Numbered from the stretch's first letter, positions 1 through 10,185 are shown. The stretch: DNA of 64,000 nt from an uncultured cyanobacterium (GCA_963710605.1 CAVQBA010000007.1:1-64000), one strand, 5' to 3'. Made by a program: numbers and translations. The notes: generated by a model not told the origin, from the letters alone.

Positions 1-47
1 GAGGGGGATTTCATTAAAATATCTTAACTAACTCGTTTACTGTTATA

Positions 48-178
48 TAAGTAGGTAAGCAAAATTAATTATATACTTTACTTTCAGAAGTGCGATCGAT
101 TAAATAGCTGTTAAATAAAGGGGTGTAAGCCTTACACCCCTACAATAAAATGTACAATTAATTTTGCACAAGTACTTA
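48..178. mobile_element. MITE-like element with imperfect terminal inverted repeats, carrying an internal hairpin
   Basis: Ends TAAGTAGGTAAGCAAAATTAATT / AATTAATTTTGCACAAGTACTTA. The internal palindrome AGGGGTGTAAGCCTTACACCCCT recurs near 49530. Confidence 0.6.
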
Positions 179-285
179 GCTAAATGAAATTATCAATTCA
201 TAAATTTAATATAGTAGGGACGTTATACTATAACGTCTCTATAGCTAATACAATACGCAGTTACAAATTCATTCAACTATATCTA

Positions 286-996
286 TTAATTCAATAAATT
301 AGTTAATAAATGGGGAAAATCGATCGTCATCGCTACAATACCTGTATTGATTACTTGAAGCATCATCTGACTATCTTTTACTTGCCAGACACCCACATCT
401 ACACCTAAAGTATTCCAGTGAGCAACTAATTCAGAAGTAATAATAGATGCAGGTAAAGAAATATGTTTAATACCCAATTCACAGGCTTGATTGATTTGTA
501 ACTGCTCACTTTTAGTTGCCAACCATTCTAGGTTAACTTGACTTGAATGATTTCTCATATTTTTGATCACTTCTATATCAAAGGAAGTAAAAGTGACTGC
601 ATCAATCAATTCTAATTGTTGTACCATTTTTAATACTTCTAACTCGATACCTGAAAGTTTAATCTCTAAGATGAAATGGATTTTTTTAGCGTAACCTAAA
701 AGAGTATCTTGTAATAAAGGAACTTTTGCACCACGATAAGCAACATCAAACCAGCTACCTGCATCAAGTTGCTCAATTTGTGAGTATAAAGATTGACTAA
801 CTTTTCCTTGCCCGTTAGTCGTTCTATCTAGAGTATGATCATGAAAAAGAATTAATTCACCATCTTGAGTAGCTTGAATATCAGTTTCGATCGCATCTGC
901 ACCTAATTTTACAGCTAAATCAAAACTCTGCCAAGTATTTTCTGGGGCTAAAGCTGATGCACCTCTATGAGCAATTACTTTCATTTTCATGATCAA
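286..996 (-). CDS. Glycerophosphodiester phosphodiesterase family protein
   Basis: IAHRGAS, PENT, E-x-D, HD and EIK motifs. True start may be a downstream Met. Confidence 0.9.
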   Translation of the reverse strand: MIMKMKVIAHRGASALAPENTWQSFDLAVKLGADAIETDIQATQDGELILFHDHTLDRTTNGQGKVSQSLYSQIEQLDAGSWFDVAYRGAKVPLLQDTLLGYAKKIHFILEIKLSGIELEVLKMVQQLELIDAVTFTSFDIEVIKNMRNHSSQVNLEWLATKSEQLQINQACELGIKHISLPASIITSELVAHWNTLGVDVGVWQVKDSQMMLQVINTGIVAMTIDFPHLLTNLLN

Positions 997-1214
997 AATA
1001 AATATATCTAACCAATTGACAATTAATTAAAAGTTAAGAATTCTTTATTATTGATTCTACAGCTAAATGAATTTATAATTGCACTTTTTCGGTTGATGAA
1101 AGTCTCCCCTTTGAAGGGGAGAAACACGAGGGGTTGGCGAAAGTATAAGTAATCACAAATTCATTCGGCTATACATTCTTTCTTACCCTTGCAATCTTGG
1201 TAATATAATAATTT

Positions 1215-1397
1215 ATGTCTATGAATGACAATTATCAAATTACTATTTTGGCTAAGAGTGTATCGAGGCAAATGTTAGCTTGTTTCTTAAATAAAAATAA
1301 TCATCATGTTAATTTTTGGACTCGCAATGGCTGAGTTTCTCTAGCTTCTGCGGTTTTGATTAAAGGGGTACAAACTATTAGAGAAAAAATGAGGTAA
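1215..1397 (+). pseudogene. Decayed N-terminal remnant of NAD(P)H-dependent glycerol-3-phosphate dehydrogenase (GpsA-like)
   Basis: Manual translation MSMNDNYQITILAKSVSRQMLACFLNKNNHHVNFWTRNG*VSLASAVLIKGVQTI resembles the GpsA N-terminus with a destroyed Gly-rich loop and an internal stop. Confidence 0.45.
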
Positions 1398-1517
1398 GTT
1401 GAAAACAGCTACCTCAAATGTATCTTCAAATATGAACAGAATATAACGATTAATTGTTAATACTCGCTCGAGAATGCTATCCTTTGAAAATAATTACTCG
1501 ATCGTTAATCAAAAGTC

Positions 1518-2201
1518 ATGGTTTCTAACTTGCTATGCCCTTCTAATACAGGTGAATACTCCTGTTTAACAGACTTAAATTGTTATGTATTATCCGATTG
1601 CCAAGAATTAGCGACTCAAGGAAAAAAAGGCAGACAAGTTCAAATTATTTCTTCTCATCCTGTCAATGGGGCAATCGAAATTTGTTTTTGTGAAGATAAA
1701 TATCGTGCTTGGTTAAAATTAGAAGACTTACAATATTTACAACCTGCTACTAAACCTTATTCAGGTAAATTAATTGAACGAGACAAAATAGTTGAATACA
1801 TTCCTCAAATAATTGAATTTACTTATCAAGCGATGAATGTATCTAATTATTATCTCTGGGGTGGCTCAGTGCCACCTAATTATGATTGCTCTGGTTTGAT
1901 GCAATCTGCTTTTGCTAGTGTAGGAGTATGGTTGCCACGAGATTCTTATCAGCAAGAAGCGTTTACTCAAAGAATAACTAGAGAAGAATTAATCGCCGGT
2001 GATTTAGTTTTTTTTGCCGATCGTCGTGTCAATCATGTAGCCTTATATTTAGGAGATAACCAATATATTCATAGCTCAGGGAAACAAATCGGTAATAATG
2101 GAATAGGTATCAATCAATTAGCCGAAAAAAGCGATCGAGTTAGTACTAATTATTATCATCAACTATGGAGTTTTGGTCGAGTTATGCACAGTTTTGTTTG
2201 A
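1518..2201 (+). CDS. NlpC/P60 (C40) cell-wall peptidase
   Basis: YLWGG, DCSG, GDLVFF, HVALY, IHSS motifs. Confidence 0.9.
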   Translation: MVSNLLCPSNTGEYSCLTDLNCYVLSDCQELATQGKKGRQVQIISSHPVNGAIEICFCEDKYRAWLKLEDLQYLQPATKPYSGKLIERDKIVEYIPQIIEFTYQAMNVSNYYLWGGSVPPNYDCSGLMQSAFASVGVWLPRDSYQQEAFTQRITREELIAGDLVFFADRRVNHVALYLGDNQYIHSSGKQIGNNGIGINQLAEKSDRVSTNYYHQLWSFGRVMHSFV

Positions 2202-2279
2202 ACAATTGACAATTAATAATTATTATATAGATACAAAAGAACTCTTCATATTATCAAAAGTTAATCAGAGTAAGCCAAA

Positions 2280-2489
2280 ATGGCAAAACAACGAAAAAAA
2301 TCAGACTTTCCCACTAAAATATGTCCTGTTTGTGGACTACCTTTCGCTTGGCGTAAAAAATGGGCTTCTTGTTGGGATGAAGTTAAATATTGTTCTCACA
2401 GATGTCGTCGAAAAAAGCAAGAGAAATTCAAGGCAGCAAACAGTGAGTACAGTAAAAGGAGTACAGTTAAAAATATATTTGATAGTTAA
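2280..2489 (+). CDS. DUF2256-family small Cys-rich protein
   Basis: [18 protein letters not shown]...[13 protein letters not shown] signature. Confidence 0.85.
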   Translation: MAKQRKKSDFPTKICPVCGLPFAWRKKWASCWDEVKYCSHRCRRKKQEKFKAANSEYSKRSTVKNIFDS

Positions 2490-2546
2490 TCGCATAACAG
2501 ATAATCTACGAGGAGATATTAATACCTCAATTCTCAATTATTAATC

Positions 2547-3503
2547 ATGAACTATGTATTGAGGAGAATTTTAATTTCTCTACCGACTTTACTCGCTATT
2601 AGTATCATCATCTTTCTCATCTTAGCATTAGCCCCCGGTGATCCTTTAAGTGAATTAGCTTCTAATCCAAATATTACCGCTGAAGTGAGGGAGAATATTC
2701 GTAAATCTTTTGGTTTAGATCAACCTATTTATATTCGTTATTTTAAATGGATTACCTCCTTTGTTCAAGGAAATCTTGGTTATTCTTTTGCTAGTCGTAG
2801 TGCAGTTAGTGATTTGATTTGGCAACGTTTACCTAATAGTTTGATGGTTGTTGGTTTTGCTTATATTATCAGTGTAGTAATCGCCCTTCCTCTTGGTTTG
2901 ATTTCAGCTATTAAACGTTATTCCTTGCTTGATAATCTTTCTACTTTTATCGCTTTTTTAGGTTATTCGATTCCGCCTTTTTTTACGGGTATATTATTGA
3001 TTGTTATTTTTAGTGTTCAACTTAACTGGCTTCCATTTATCTATGATGCTAATTTAGAGATTAATAATTTGTCATCTTTACTCGTACAAATCAAACAATC
3101 ATTGATGCCGATTACTGTTTTAGCTTTATACCAAACAGCAGTTTTAATGCGATTTATGCGATCGTCTGTCAGTGAAGAATTAGATGAAGATTATGTTCGT
3201 ACCGCTTACAGTAAAGGATTAAATCAATATCAAGTTGTTTTTAAACACATTGTTCGTAATGCACTAATTCCTGTAATTACCCTCATCGCCCTTGATATCC
3301 CCAGCATCTTTACAGGTGCTTTAATTACTGAGCAAATTTTTCGGATTCCGGGTATTGGCTCATTATTAATCGAATCAATTTATCGTAGTGATACGCCTGT
3401 GGTGTTAGCTATTACAATGATTTATGGTATTTTAATTGTCTTTTTTAATTTACTTGCCGATTTAACTTATTCATGGCTTGATCCTCGTGTTCGTTTACAA
3501 TAA
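2547..3503 (+). CDS. Peptide/nickel ABC transporter permease (DppB/OppB family)
   Basis: APGDP, GLDQP, EAA-like loop (DYVRTAYSKGL), C-terminal LDPRVR. Confidence 0.9.
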   Translation: MNYVLRRILISLPTLLAISIIIFLILALAPGDPLSELASNPNITAEVRENIRKSFGLDQPIYIRYFKWITSFVQGNLGYSFASRSAVSDLIWQRLPNSLMVVGFAYIISVVIALPLGLISAIKRYSLLDNLSTFIAFLGYSIPPFFTGILLIVIFSVQLNWLPFIYDANLEINNLSSLLVQIKQSLMPITVLALYQTAVLMRFMRSSVSEELDEDYVRTAYSKGLNQYQVVFKHIVRNALIPVITLIALDIPSIFTGALITEQIFRIPGIGSLLIESIYRSDTPVVLAITMIYGILIVFFNLLADLTYSWLDPRVRLQ

Positions 3504-3624
3504 GTAAGGATGAAAGATGAAGGATGAAGAAGTAAAGAATGACCAATAAAGAATATTAATTACTAACTATCCGATTAATCGATTAATCCTGTCAAGTCCT
3601 GATACAGACAATAGTATTTATTAA

Positions 3625-4713
3625 ATGACAAAAGTTGTAATCATAGGTAGTGGAATTATTGGTAGCAGTATAGCCTATCAACTAAGTCATTACCCACAAT
3701 TAGAAATAACTCTGGTAGATGGAAATAATCCCGGTACAGGCTCAACAGGAGCGGCATTAGGTATCTTGATGGGTGTTATCAGCCACAAAACAAAAGGTAG
3801 GGCATGGAGATTAAGAGAAGCTAGTTTGAAGCGATACACTACTTTAATCCCTGAATTAGAAGAATTAACTAAGCTGACTATTCCTCATAACAGTCATGGT
3901 ATCGTCAAATTACTTTTTGCCCCCGAACAAATTAGTAAATATCAAAAGCTTAGCAAAAAACGTGCTGAGCAAGGTTACAAACTTGATATTTGGGATGCAG
4001 ATAGATTAAAAGCTAATTGCCCTGAAGTAGATAACCCCTCGGTAATAGGAGCGGTTTATTCTCCTGATGATAGACAAATTAATCCGACTTCTTTAACCAA
4101 GACTTTAGTTAAGGCATCTGTTTTAAAAGGAGTGCAATGTTTGTTTGGGGAAAATGTGATTAAGATTGATGATCATCAAAATAATTCTAGCCCAGAAGTA
4201 CACCTAACGAATCGATCGATCGAAGCTGACTGGGTAATTTTAGCGACTGCATTAGGTACATCTAATTTGATTCAACCTTTAGGATGTGATTTAAAAATCA
4301 AACCTGTTTTAGGGCAAGCGTTGTTAATCCAGCATCATAATTGGCAACATAATTCAGATTTTAATCCTGTCATCACGGGTGATGATGTTCATATTGCACC
4401 AATGAAAAATAACGAGTTTTGGTTAGGGGCAACTGTCGAATTTCCTACCGACGAAATACCCCTTATTCCTGATGAAGATTTACTAACTGATTTACACCAA
4501 AAAGCCCTCTCTTTTTGCCCTAATTTAGCAACTGCTCCGATTATGTTATCTTGGACAGGTAAACGCCCTCGCCCCGATGGTAAACCGGCACCAATTATTG
4601 AGCGTTTAGAAAATCATCCCCAAATTGTTTTAGCTACAGGGCATTATCGTAATGGTGTTTTACTCGCTCCTGCTACTGCTGAGTCTGTGGCGGCGATGAT
4701 AATTAATAGTTAA
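3625..4713 (+). CDS. FAD-dependent oxidoreductase (glycine oxidase/DAO family)
   Basis: GxGxxG at N-terminus; GKRPRP; ATGHYRNGVLLAP. Confidence 0.88.
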   Translation: MTKVVIIGSGIIGSSIAYQLSHYPQLEITLVDGNNPGTGSTGAALGILMGVISHKTKGRAWRLREASLKRYTTLIPELEELTKLTIPHNSHGIVKLLFAPEQISKYQKLSKKRAEQGYKLDIWDADRLKANCPEVDNPSVIGAVYSPDDRQINPTSLTKTLVKASVLKGVQCLFGENVIKIDDHQNNSSPEVHLTNRSIEADWVILATALGTSNLIQPLGCDLKIKPVLGQALLIQHHNWQHNSDFNPVITGDDVHIAPMKNNEFWLGATVEFPTDEIPLIPDEDLLTDLHQKALSFCPNLATAPIMLSWTGKRPRPDGKPAPIIERLENHPQIVLATGHYRNGVLLAPATAESVAAMIINS

Positions 4714-4714
4714 G

Positions 4715-4799
4715 TACAGCACTCGTGCCAAGGTATAATGTTTATATATGAATAGTTTGAGCTTTTACATTTGTCCTAAGCGTTATGGCGACTGCTATG
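4715..4799. mobile_element. Short MITE-like element, same family as 25696-25788 in opposite orientation
   Basis: TACAGCACTCGTGCCAAGGTATAAT...ACTGCTATG matches the reverse complement of 25696-25788. Confidence 0.5.
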
Positions 4800-4849
4800 A
4801 CTAAATACACTCCATCGTCTTCATAGGCATAGCTCGTGGTAACATCATT

Positions 4850-6390
4850 CTCGATCGTTATTGACGGTAGCGGCACCTCGGTTATTCCAACCGTAATCGG
4901 GGTTGTTGTTGTTACTAATAGCAAAGTCACCGTTGAGGATTTGTGCCATCAATCCACTGGAGGTTAGAGGGCAGTGAGGGTTTCAAGTCCCCCTTGCGAA
5001 GGGAGAGGCTGTCACCTGAATTCATTTCAGGTGCTTGTAAGCTCCGTGGATTTAGGGGGATACCCAAGCTATTGTTACCTTCAATAAAATCGTTGTAAGC
5101 CAGCATGGAAGAAGAATCCCCCCTAGCCCCCCTTTGTAAGGGGGGAACAAGATCATGGTCGTGGTTGTGGGTGTGAGGTATCAGGGTATGATAAGTGTCT
5201 GTTTTTGTATTTTGAATTGCGTTGAGTATTAAGACATTAATGTCGGAAGGAAGTTTACGGATACCAGGGGCAAGGTGGTTCTTTAATAAGTCATGGGGGT
5301 GAGCTTGTTTGTCTAAATGTGAACCATCTACTGAGAGTAAGGCAGTAAAGTTATCACCGATAAAGGTACGTCTGCCGTTGATGTAAGTGGTTTTGGAATC
5401 GAAGCCTGAATAACCGTTGATGAAGCCATAAAGGTGAGCGGTTTCATGAAGGAGGGTGGTAAGGAGATCGTATTTACCATATGCTGGGGAGTTGGGAGTG
5501 GCTTGGAATGCCCAGTCTGTATTACTAATAGAGTATTCGGTGTTATCTAAGGGTAGTTTGGTCTATAAACCAGCCGATACCGTTTGCGTCATGGTCGATC
5601 GAGATTATACCTGTGTTAGGTTTGCCTTCGGAGTCGAAACCTGTGATGGTGGCTTCTGCTAGTTGTCCAGAGGGTAAGTCTTTTATTTCATAGGTGATGT
5701 CGATGTCAGTTTGAGGTATGAGGGTTGACCAGATGTGGTTTACACTATTATTTAGTTGATTAATTACTTGAGGATTTGAGTCATGGATGCTAAAGAATGT
5801 TTGCCCAGAATGGAAAGGGAAGAATTGCTCAGAAGGTATAATGCTGGAGAAAGATTCTTCGTGAAAGTTGATTTGAGTGGACTTGACTTGAGTAGAATTG
5901 ATTTTTCTACTCAAGATGGAAACAGGGAGAGAGTTAGATTTAATAACAGCGATTTGACCGGAGTTAATTTCGTTGGTGCTAATTTGTCCTATGCTTTTTT
6001 TTTCAATGCTAATTTGAGGGGTGCTAACTTGGAAGGTGCTGATTTGACTGGAGTTAACTTTGAAAATGCTAATTTGACTGGAGCTATTCTTGTTAATTGT
6101 AATCTCTTTTGTTGTGGATTTGTCGGAGCTAATATGACTAGTGCTAATTTGACTGGTTCTAAAGGTGGATGGGGGTGTAAAGATACTATTTTCAGTAATA
6201 CTATTATGGAATGTGGAAATATTCTTAGTGGAATTTATTGAGTAATTCTGAGAATTAGAATTTGCCTGAAGAGAAGCAGTGGGATAAATCAACCTTCTTT
6301 CAATAGCATTTTGAACATCTAGAGGAATATTGGTGAAAAAGTCTAAGCCTGTCAGAGTTTCAATGTCATCTACTCTTACAGTACGATCCG
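4850..6390 (-). pseudogene. Truncated, frameshifted remnant of a large secreted cyanobacterial protein: C-terminal end of a NucA-like DNA/RNA non-specific endonuclease, Ser/Ile/Gln-rich linker, then an HExxH metallopeptidase-like domain
   Basis: VRVDDIETLTGLDFFTNIPLDVQNAIE; DLPSGQLAEATITGFD...DANGIGWFIDQT. After a +1 frameshift near 5553 the frame continues ...YGKYDLLTTLLHETAHLYGF... (HExxH at 5434-5448). Further frameshifts near 4920-4970. Confidence 0.75.
5783..6241 (+). CDS. Pentapeptide-repeat protein nested antisense inside the nuclease/peptidase frame
   Basis: Typical cyanobacterial EELLRRYNAGER N-terminus and A(N/D)Lxx repeats; intact ATG to TGA. Confidence 0.8.
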   Translation: MDAKECLPRMEREELLRRYNAGERFFVKVDLSGLDLSRIDFSTQDGNRERVRFNNSDLTGVNFVGANLSYAFFFNANLRGANLEGADLTGVNFENANLTGAILVNCNLFCCGFVGANMTSANLTGSKGGWGCKDTIFSNTIMECGNILSGIY

Positions 6391-6669
6391 CAACGGCAGA
6401 CTTCGTCTGATCGAAGATATTGTAGGGAACGGTTAAGCCTCGCAAAGATTAATATACATACGATACATAAAATGAAAGCGAAACCCAACACTACCCTCGC
6501 ATGAGAATAATCAGTACCCAAACGTTGAATAATTTCACTATTAATAACCGTACCTAGACTCAAACTAATAAAATGTAACGGGAGAATCAAACACAGCAAC
6601 GTGATTGTAAATAAGGTGTTTAAATCTGCTCTTGAAAAACTAAAAAAACTTGTTTGATTTGATGAACCC

Positions 6670-6707
6670 AAAAGAAGAAAGACGTAGCATATTGTTACTA
6701 CGTCTTC
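6670..6707 (-). terminator. Probable intrinsic terminator downstream of the LabA-family gene
   Basis: Minus strand AAGACGTAG-loop-CTACGTCTT followed by a U-rich tail. Confidence 0.55.
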
Positions 6708-6775
6708 ATTCTAAATATTTGATTTAATTGCTGTATTAATATTTGAATATCGAGTTTAGATAAAAAAGATAGTTT

Positions 6776-7558
6776 CTATTCGTCTCTTTTTTCAATACAA
6801 TGACGAATTTCGTTTAAATCTATATATCTGTCCGTTGCATTACGTAATTCACGAGCGATCATGCCATCGGTAGAAACAACAGTAATATGGGTGTTTTTAG
6901 AACGTAATAATTCGATCGCTCTTTCAAAATCACCATCACCACTAAATAAGACAACTCGATCGTATTGATCTACTGTATTAAACATATCAACGACAATTTC
7001 AATGTCTAAATTAGCTTTTTGTGAAAAACGACCTGAGCTATCATCGTAATACTCTTTAAGTATTTTAGTCCGAACAGTATAACCCAAACTAATTAAAGCA
7101 TCTCGAAAACCTCTTTGATCTTGAGAATCTTTTAATCCCGTGTACCAAAAAGCATTGATTAACATAAACCCTGATTCTTCAGAGAAATAATCAATTACTT
7201 TACGTGGATCAAAAAACCAACCATTTTTTTGTTGAGCATAAAACATATTATTACCATCAACAAAAATCGAGATTTTATCTCTTAATTGATTTGCATGGGT
7301 ATGATTGTTTTGACGGGGAATATAGTTATCGTTGAAATTCTGATTGATTTCGATCGTTGTCGTAATCAAATGAGTAGAATCAACCTGATAATTAGGATTG
7401 TATTGAGGACGAGGAATCAGTTGTGGTCTGTTTTCTGGCGATTCTTGTTCGTCTTCTTCGGCAATCACAAAAGTTGTTTCTTCTGTAACTTCGGATATTT
7501 TGGTTGAATATTCTTGTTCTAGATTTAAGTTATCATCGTTAAGATCAAATTTACGCAT
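6776..7558 (-). CDS. labA: LabA/DUF88 NYN-domain protein with acidic N-terminal extension
   Basis: IFVDGNNMFYAQQKNGWFFDP; QKANLDIEIVVDM; SGDGDF. Confidence 0.8.
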   Translation of the reverse strand: MRKFDLNDDNLNLEQEYSTKISEVTEETTFVIAEEDEQESPENRPQLIPRPQYNPNYQVDSTHLITTTIEINQNFNDNYIPRQNNHTHANQLRDKISIFVDGNNMFYAQQKNGWFFDPRKVIDYFSEESGFMLINAFWYTGLKDSQDQRGFRDALISLGYTVRTKILKEYYDDSSGRFSQKANLDIEIVVDMFNTVDQYDRVVLFSGDGDFERAIELLRSKNTHITVVSTDGMIARELRNATDRYIDLNEIRHCIEKRDE

Positions 7559-8206
7559 AAAAATAACATCTATTTCAGTTTTATAATTTATAAAAAGTAA
7601 GCAAAATATGGAAATAATATTTAATAATAATAGACAATATGTCGCTCTTTCTAAATCAAATAATATTCAATAGTAAACAAATATGACTTACTATTAAATA
7701 TTGTTTATTTTTTTAAATTTGATTTAAGTTGAGATTTAATTGTCAATTAATAATGGGATTAAAGTTGTAAAAGTGCAGTCTAATAAATCATTACATTATG
7801 ACTTACTAGATTTTTAGTGTTTGGTAACAAAATACACAATTAGGACAAATAGCTAGACTATTTACCCCACAAAGTATATTTAAAAAGTATTTAATGAATT
7901 TTTAGAATTAAGACTCAAGAAACTATTACTGACTAATCTTTAAATAAATTATCTCATTAAAGGTATATTGTAATCGTTAATAATTTATAAAAATATTTAA
8001 ATAGATCGTATTTTATTACTAAATTTTGTTAGTCAAAAAAATATTTTTATTAGCTTTAAAAAAGATTATTTTTCAAATATTTTGTTGTATTTTAAATAGA
8101 TCGTGATTAAATAATAAAAGTAAAAATTGTTAACAAATCATCTAAAAAAACACATTTAAAAAATAAATAACAACCATTAATAGATAAAAATTAAGAGCTA
8201 AAATAT

Positions 8207-9034
8207 TCACAGATATGAGCAGTAGTCGCTCCAACCACCTACATATAATTTACTTTGGGTCAAACCGATCGTTGTTAAAGCAAAAATATTAACGCAAGCA
8301 GTTACACCAGAACCACAATACATAATAATCGGTGAATAATTTTGATAAGGGTGCCAGATAGATTCTAATTCGGTTCGAGATTTTAGCTTTCCTGTTTCGG
8401 TACTCATTTGTTGCCAAAAGACATTTTGAGCATGAGGAATACTACCTGCGATCGGATCTATTGGTTCTATTTTCCCGCTATAACGATCGTGACTACGAGC
8501 ATCAATAATTACAGCAGTTGAAGAATTAGTGAATTGTTTGAGCTGTTGAATATCAACAACTAAATTTGATTGAATTACAGGCGTAAAATCACCATTATCC
8601 TCATGACTAGGTAAAAGATTATCTGCGGGATAATCTAAATTTTGCCATTGTTGCCAACCACCATCAAGAATAACAACCTGAGAATGCCCCAAGTAACGTA
8701 TTAACCACCAAAGACGAGAAGCAAAGGCAAAACGAGCATCGTCATAAACGACAACCATTGTGCGATCTTTAGTAATACCTATTTGAGCTAATTTCTCAGC
8801 TAATACATCAGTATTTGGTAATGGATGACGACCTCCATGAGGAAGTTGAACAGTACTGGATAAATCTTGATCTAAATTTAAATAATAAGAATTAGGAATA
8901 TGACTATGACTATATTGAGTAAAACCCCAATCTGCTTCCCCAAGACGAAAACGACAATCAATAATTTTCACTTCGGGATTAGTTAGGTTTTCTCTTAGCC
9001 ATTCTGGCGAAACCGTTGTCTGAGTTAAACTCAT
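8207..9034 (-). CDS. Two-domain rhodanese/sulfurtransferase (SseA-like)
   Basis: GGRHPLP, LDGG, YCGSGVTAC, LYVGGWSDY. Confidence 0.92.
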   Translation of the reverse strand: MSLTQTTVSPEWLRENLTNPEVKIIDCRFRLGEADWGFTQYSHSHIPNSYYLNLDQDLSSTVQLPHGGRHPLPNTDVLAEKLAQIGITKDRTMVVVYDDARFAFASRLWWLIRYLGHSQVVILDGGWQQWQNLDYPADNLLPSHEDNGDFTPVIQSNLVVDIQQLKQFTNSSTAVIIDARSHDRYSGKIEPIDPIAGSIPHAQNVFWQQMSTETGKLKSRTELESIWHPYQNYSPIIMYCGSGVTACVNIFALTTIGLTQSKLYVGGWSDYCSYL

Positions 9035-9356
9035 TTTTGGTTAATAAGCATTTAATTAATTAATAATTAAGGGTAAAAGTATGACAGTCTATAAATAAAA
9101 ATAAAATATATATTATATTTATTAGTCTAATCTATTGATTAGATACACGGGTACTAAAAAAAGGATTGATCAAACTAACGAATATGAGAATTATACCAAT
9201 GAAGTATGAATAATGGAAAATGAGTTTTAGTTAATTGTTGGATATTAGCTCTTCTTTATTCTCTGTTTTCTGTTCTATGTTGATTGTCAATTGTCACCGA
9301 ATCTTAGTATAATTTTGTTCAATGGCGGCATAGTAGGTTAAGAGTAACAATTCATC

Positions 9357-10185
9357 ATGAAAAAGCTAATAGAGGGTTTACACCAATTTCAGGCAGGTTA
9401 TTTTGAAAGTCATCGAGATTTGTTCGAGGAGTTATCTAAAGGGCAACATCCACGTATTTTGTTTATTACCTGTTCGGATTCTCGTGTCGATTCCTAATTT
9501 AATTACTCAAGCTAATGTAGGGGAATTATTTGTGATTCGTAATGCAGGTAATATCATTCCTCCGTTTAATGCCACTAATGGCGGTGAAGGTGCGGCAGTA
9601 GAATATGCGATCGAAGCTTTAGGTATCGAGCAGGTAATTGTCTGTGGACATTCTCATTGTGGTGCAATGAAGGGACTATTACAAATGTCAAAGTTAGCCG
9701 ATAGAATGCCTTTAGTTTATGAATGGCTAAAACAAGCAGAAGCTACTCGTCGTTTGATTATGGAGAATTATGATCATGTACCTAAAGAAGATTTGATTCA
9801 AATTACGGTAGCCGAAAATGTTTTAACTCAATTAGAAAATCTTAATACTTATCCTGTTATTCGTAGCCGTTTACATCAAGGTAAATTATCTTTACACGGA
9901 TGGATTTATAATATTGAAAAAGGGGAAGTATTAACCTATGATCCTTTATGCCATGACTTTGTTACTTTAGAAAATCGAAAAAATAACCTCGATCGTAATA
10001 ATTGTGATCTTTCATCAACTCGTTTAGTTAATCAATTATCAAAAGCGAATCATAATGGGATTGCTAATCGTGCCGTTTCTTCTGGCTATTTAAGTACAGA
10101 TTCAAATTCGAGTAATAGTCATTTGCCCAAATCCAATCGGATTTCAACTAGTCAAGCTGAAAGAATTTATAAAGGTTCTTACTAA
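9357..10185 (+). pseudogene. ccaA: Carboxysomal beta-carbonic anhydrase CcaA with a +1 frameshift near 9491 (possibly a sequencing error)
   Basis: ATG 9357 reads MKKLIEGLHQFQ...FITCSDSRVD, then shifts frame into PNLITQ...RNAGN...CGHSHCGAM; C-terminal QAERIYKGS tail. Confidence 0.88.

Noticed and set aside
2173-2544. 123 aa and 66 aa ORFs overlapping the DUF2256 gene
   Set aside because: The 2280-2489 frame carries the recognisable motif; the others do not.
2547-3503. Orphan ABC permeases (dppB-like, natD) as an anomaly
   Set aside because: Scattered ABC subunits are normal in cyanobacterial genomes.
4742-4930. 62 aa minus-strand ORF
   Set aside because: Chimera of an out-of-frame pseudogene segment and a MITE.
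6366-6671. 101 aa hydrophobic minus-strand ORF
   Set aside because: TTG start lies at the labA terminator tail and no family is recognisable; may be a fragment but cannot be supported.
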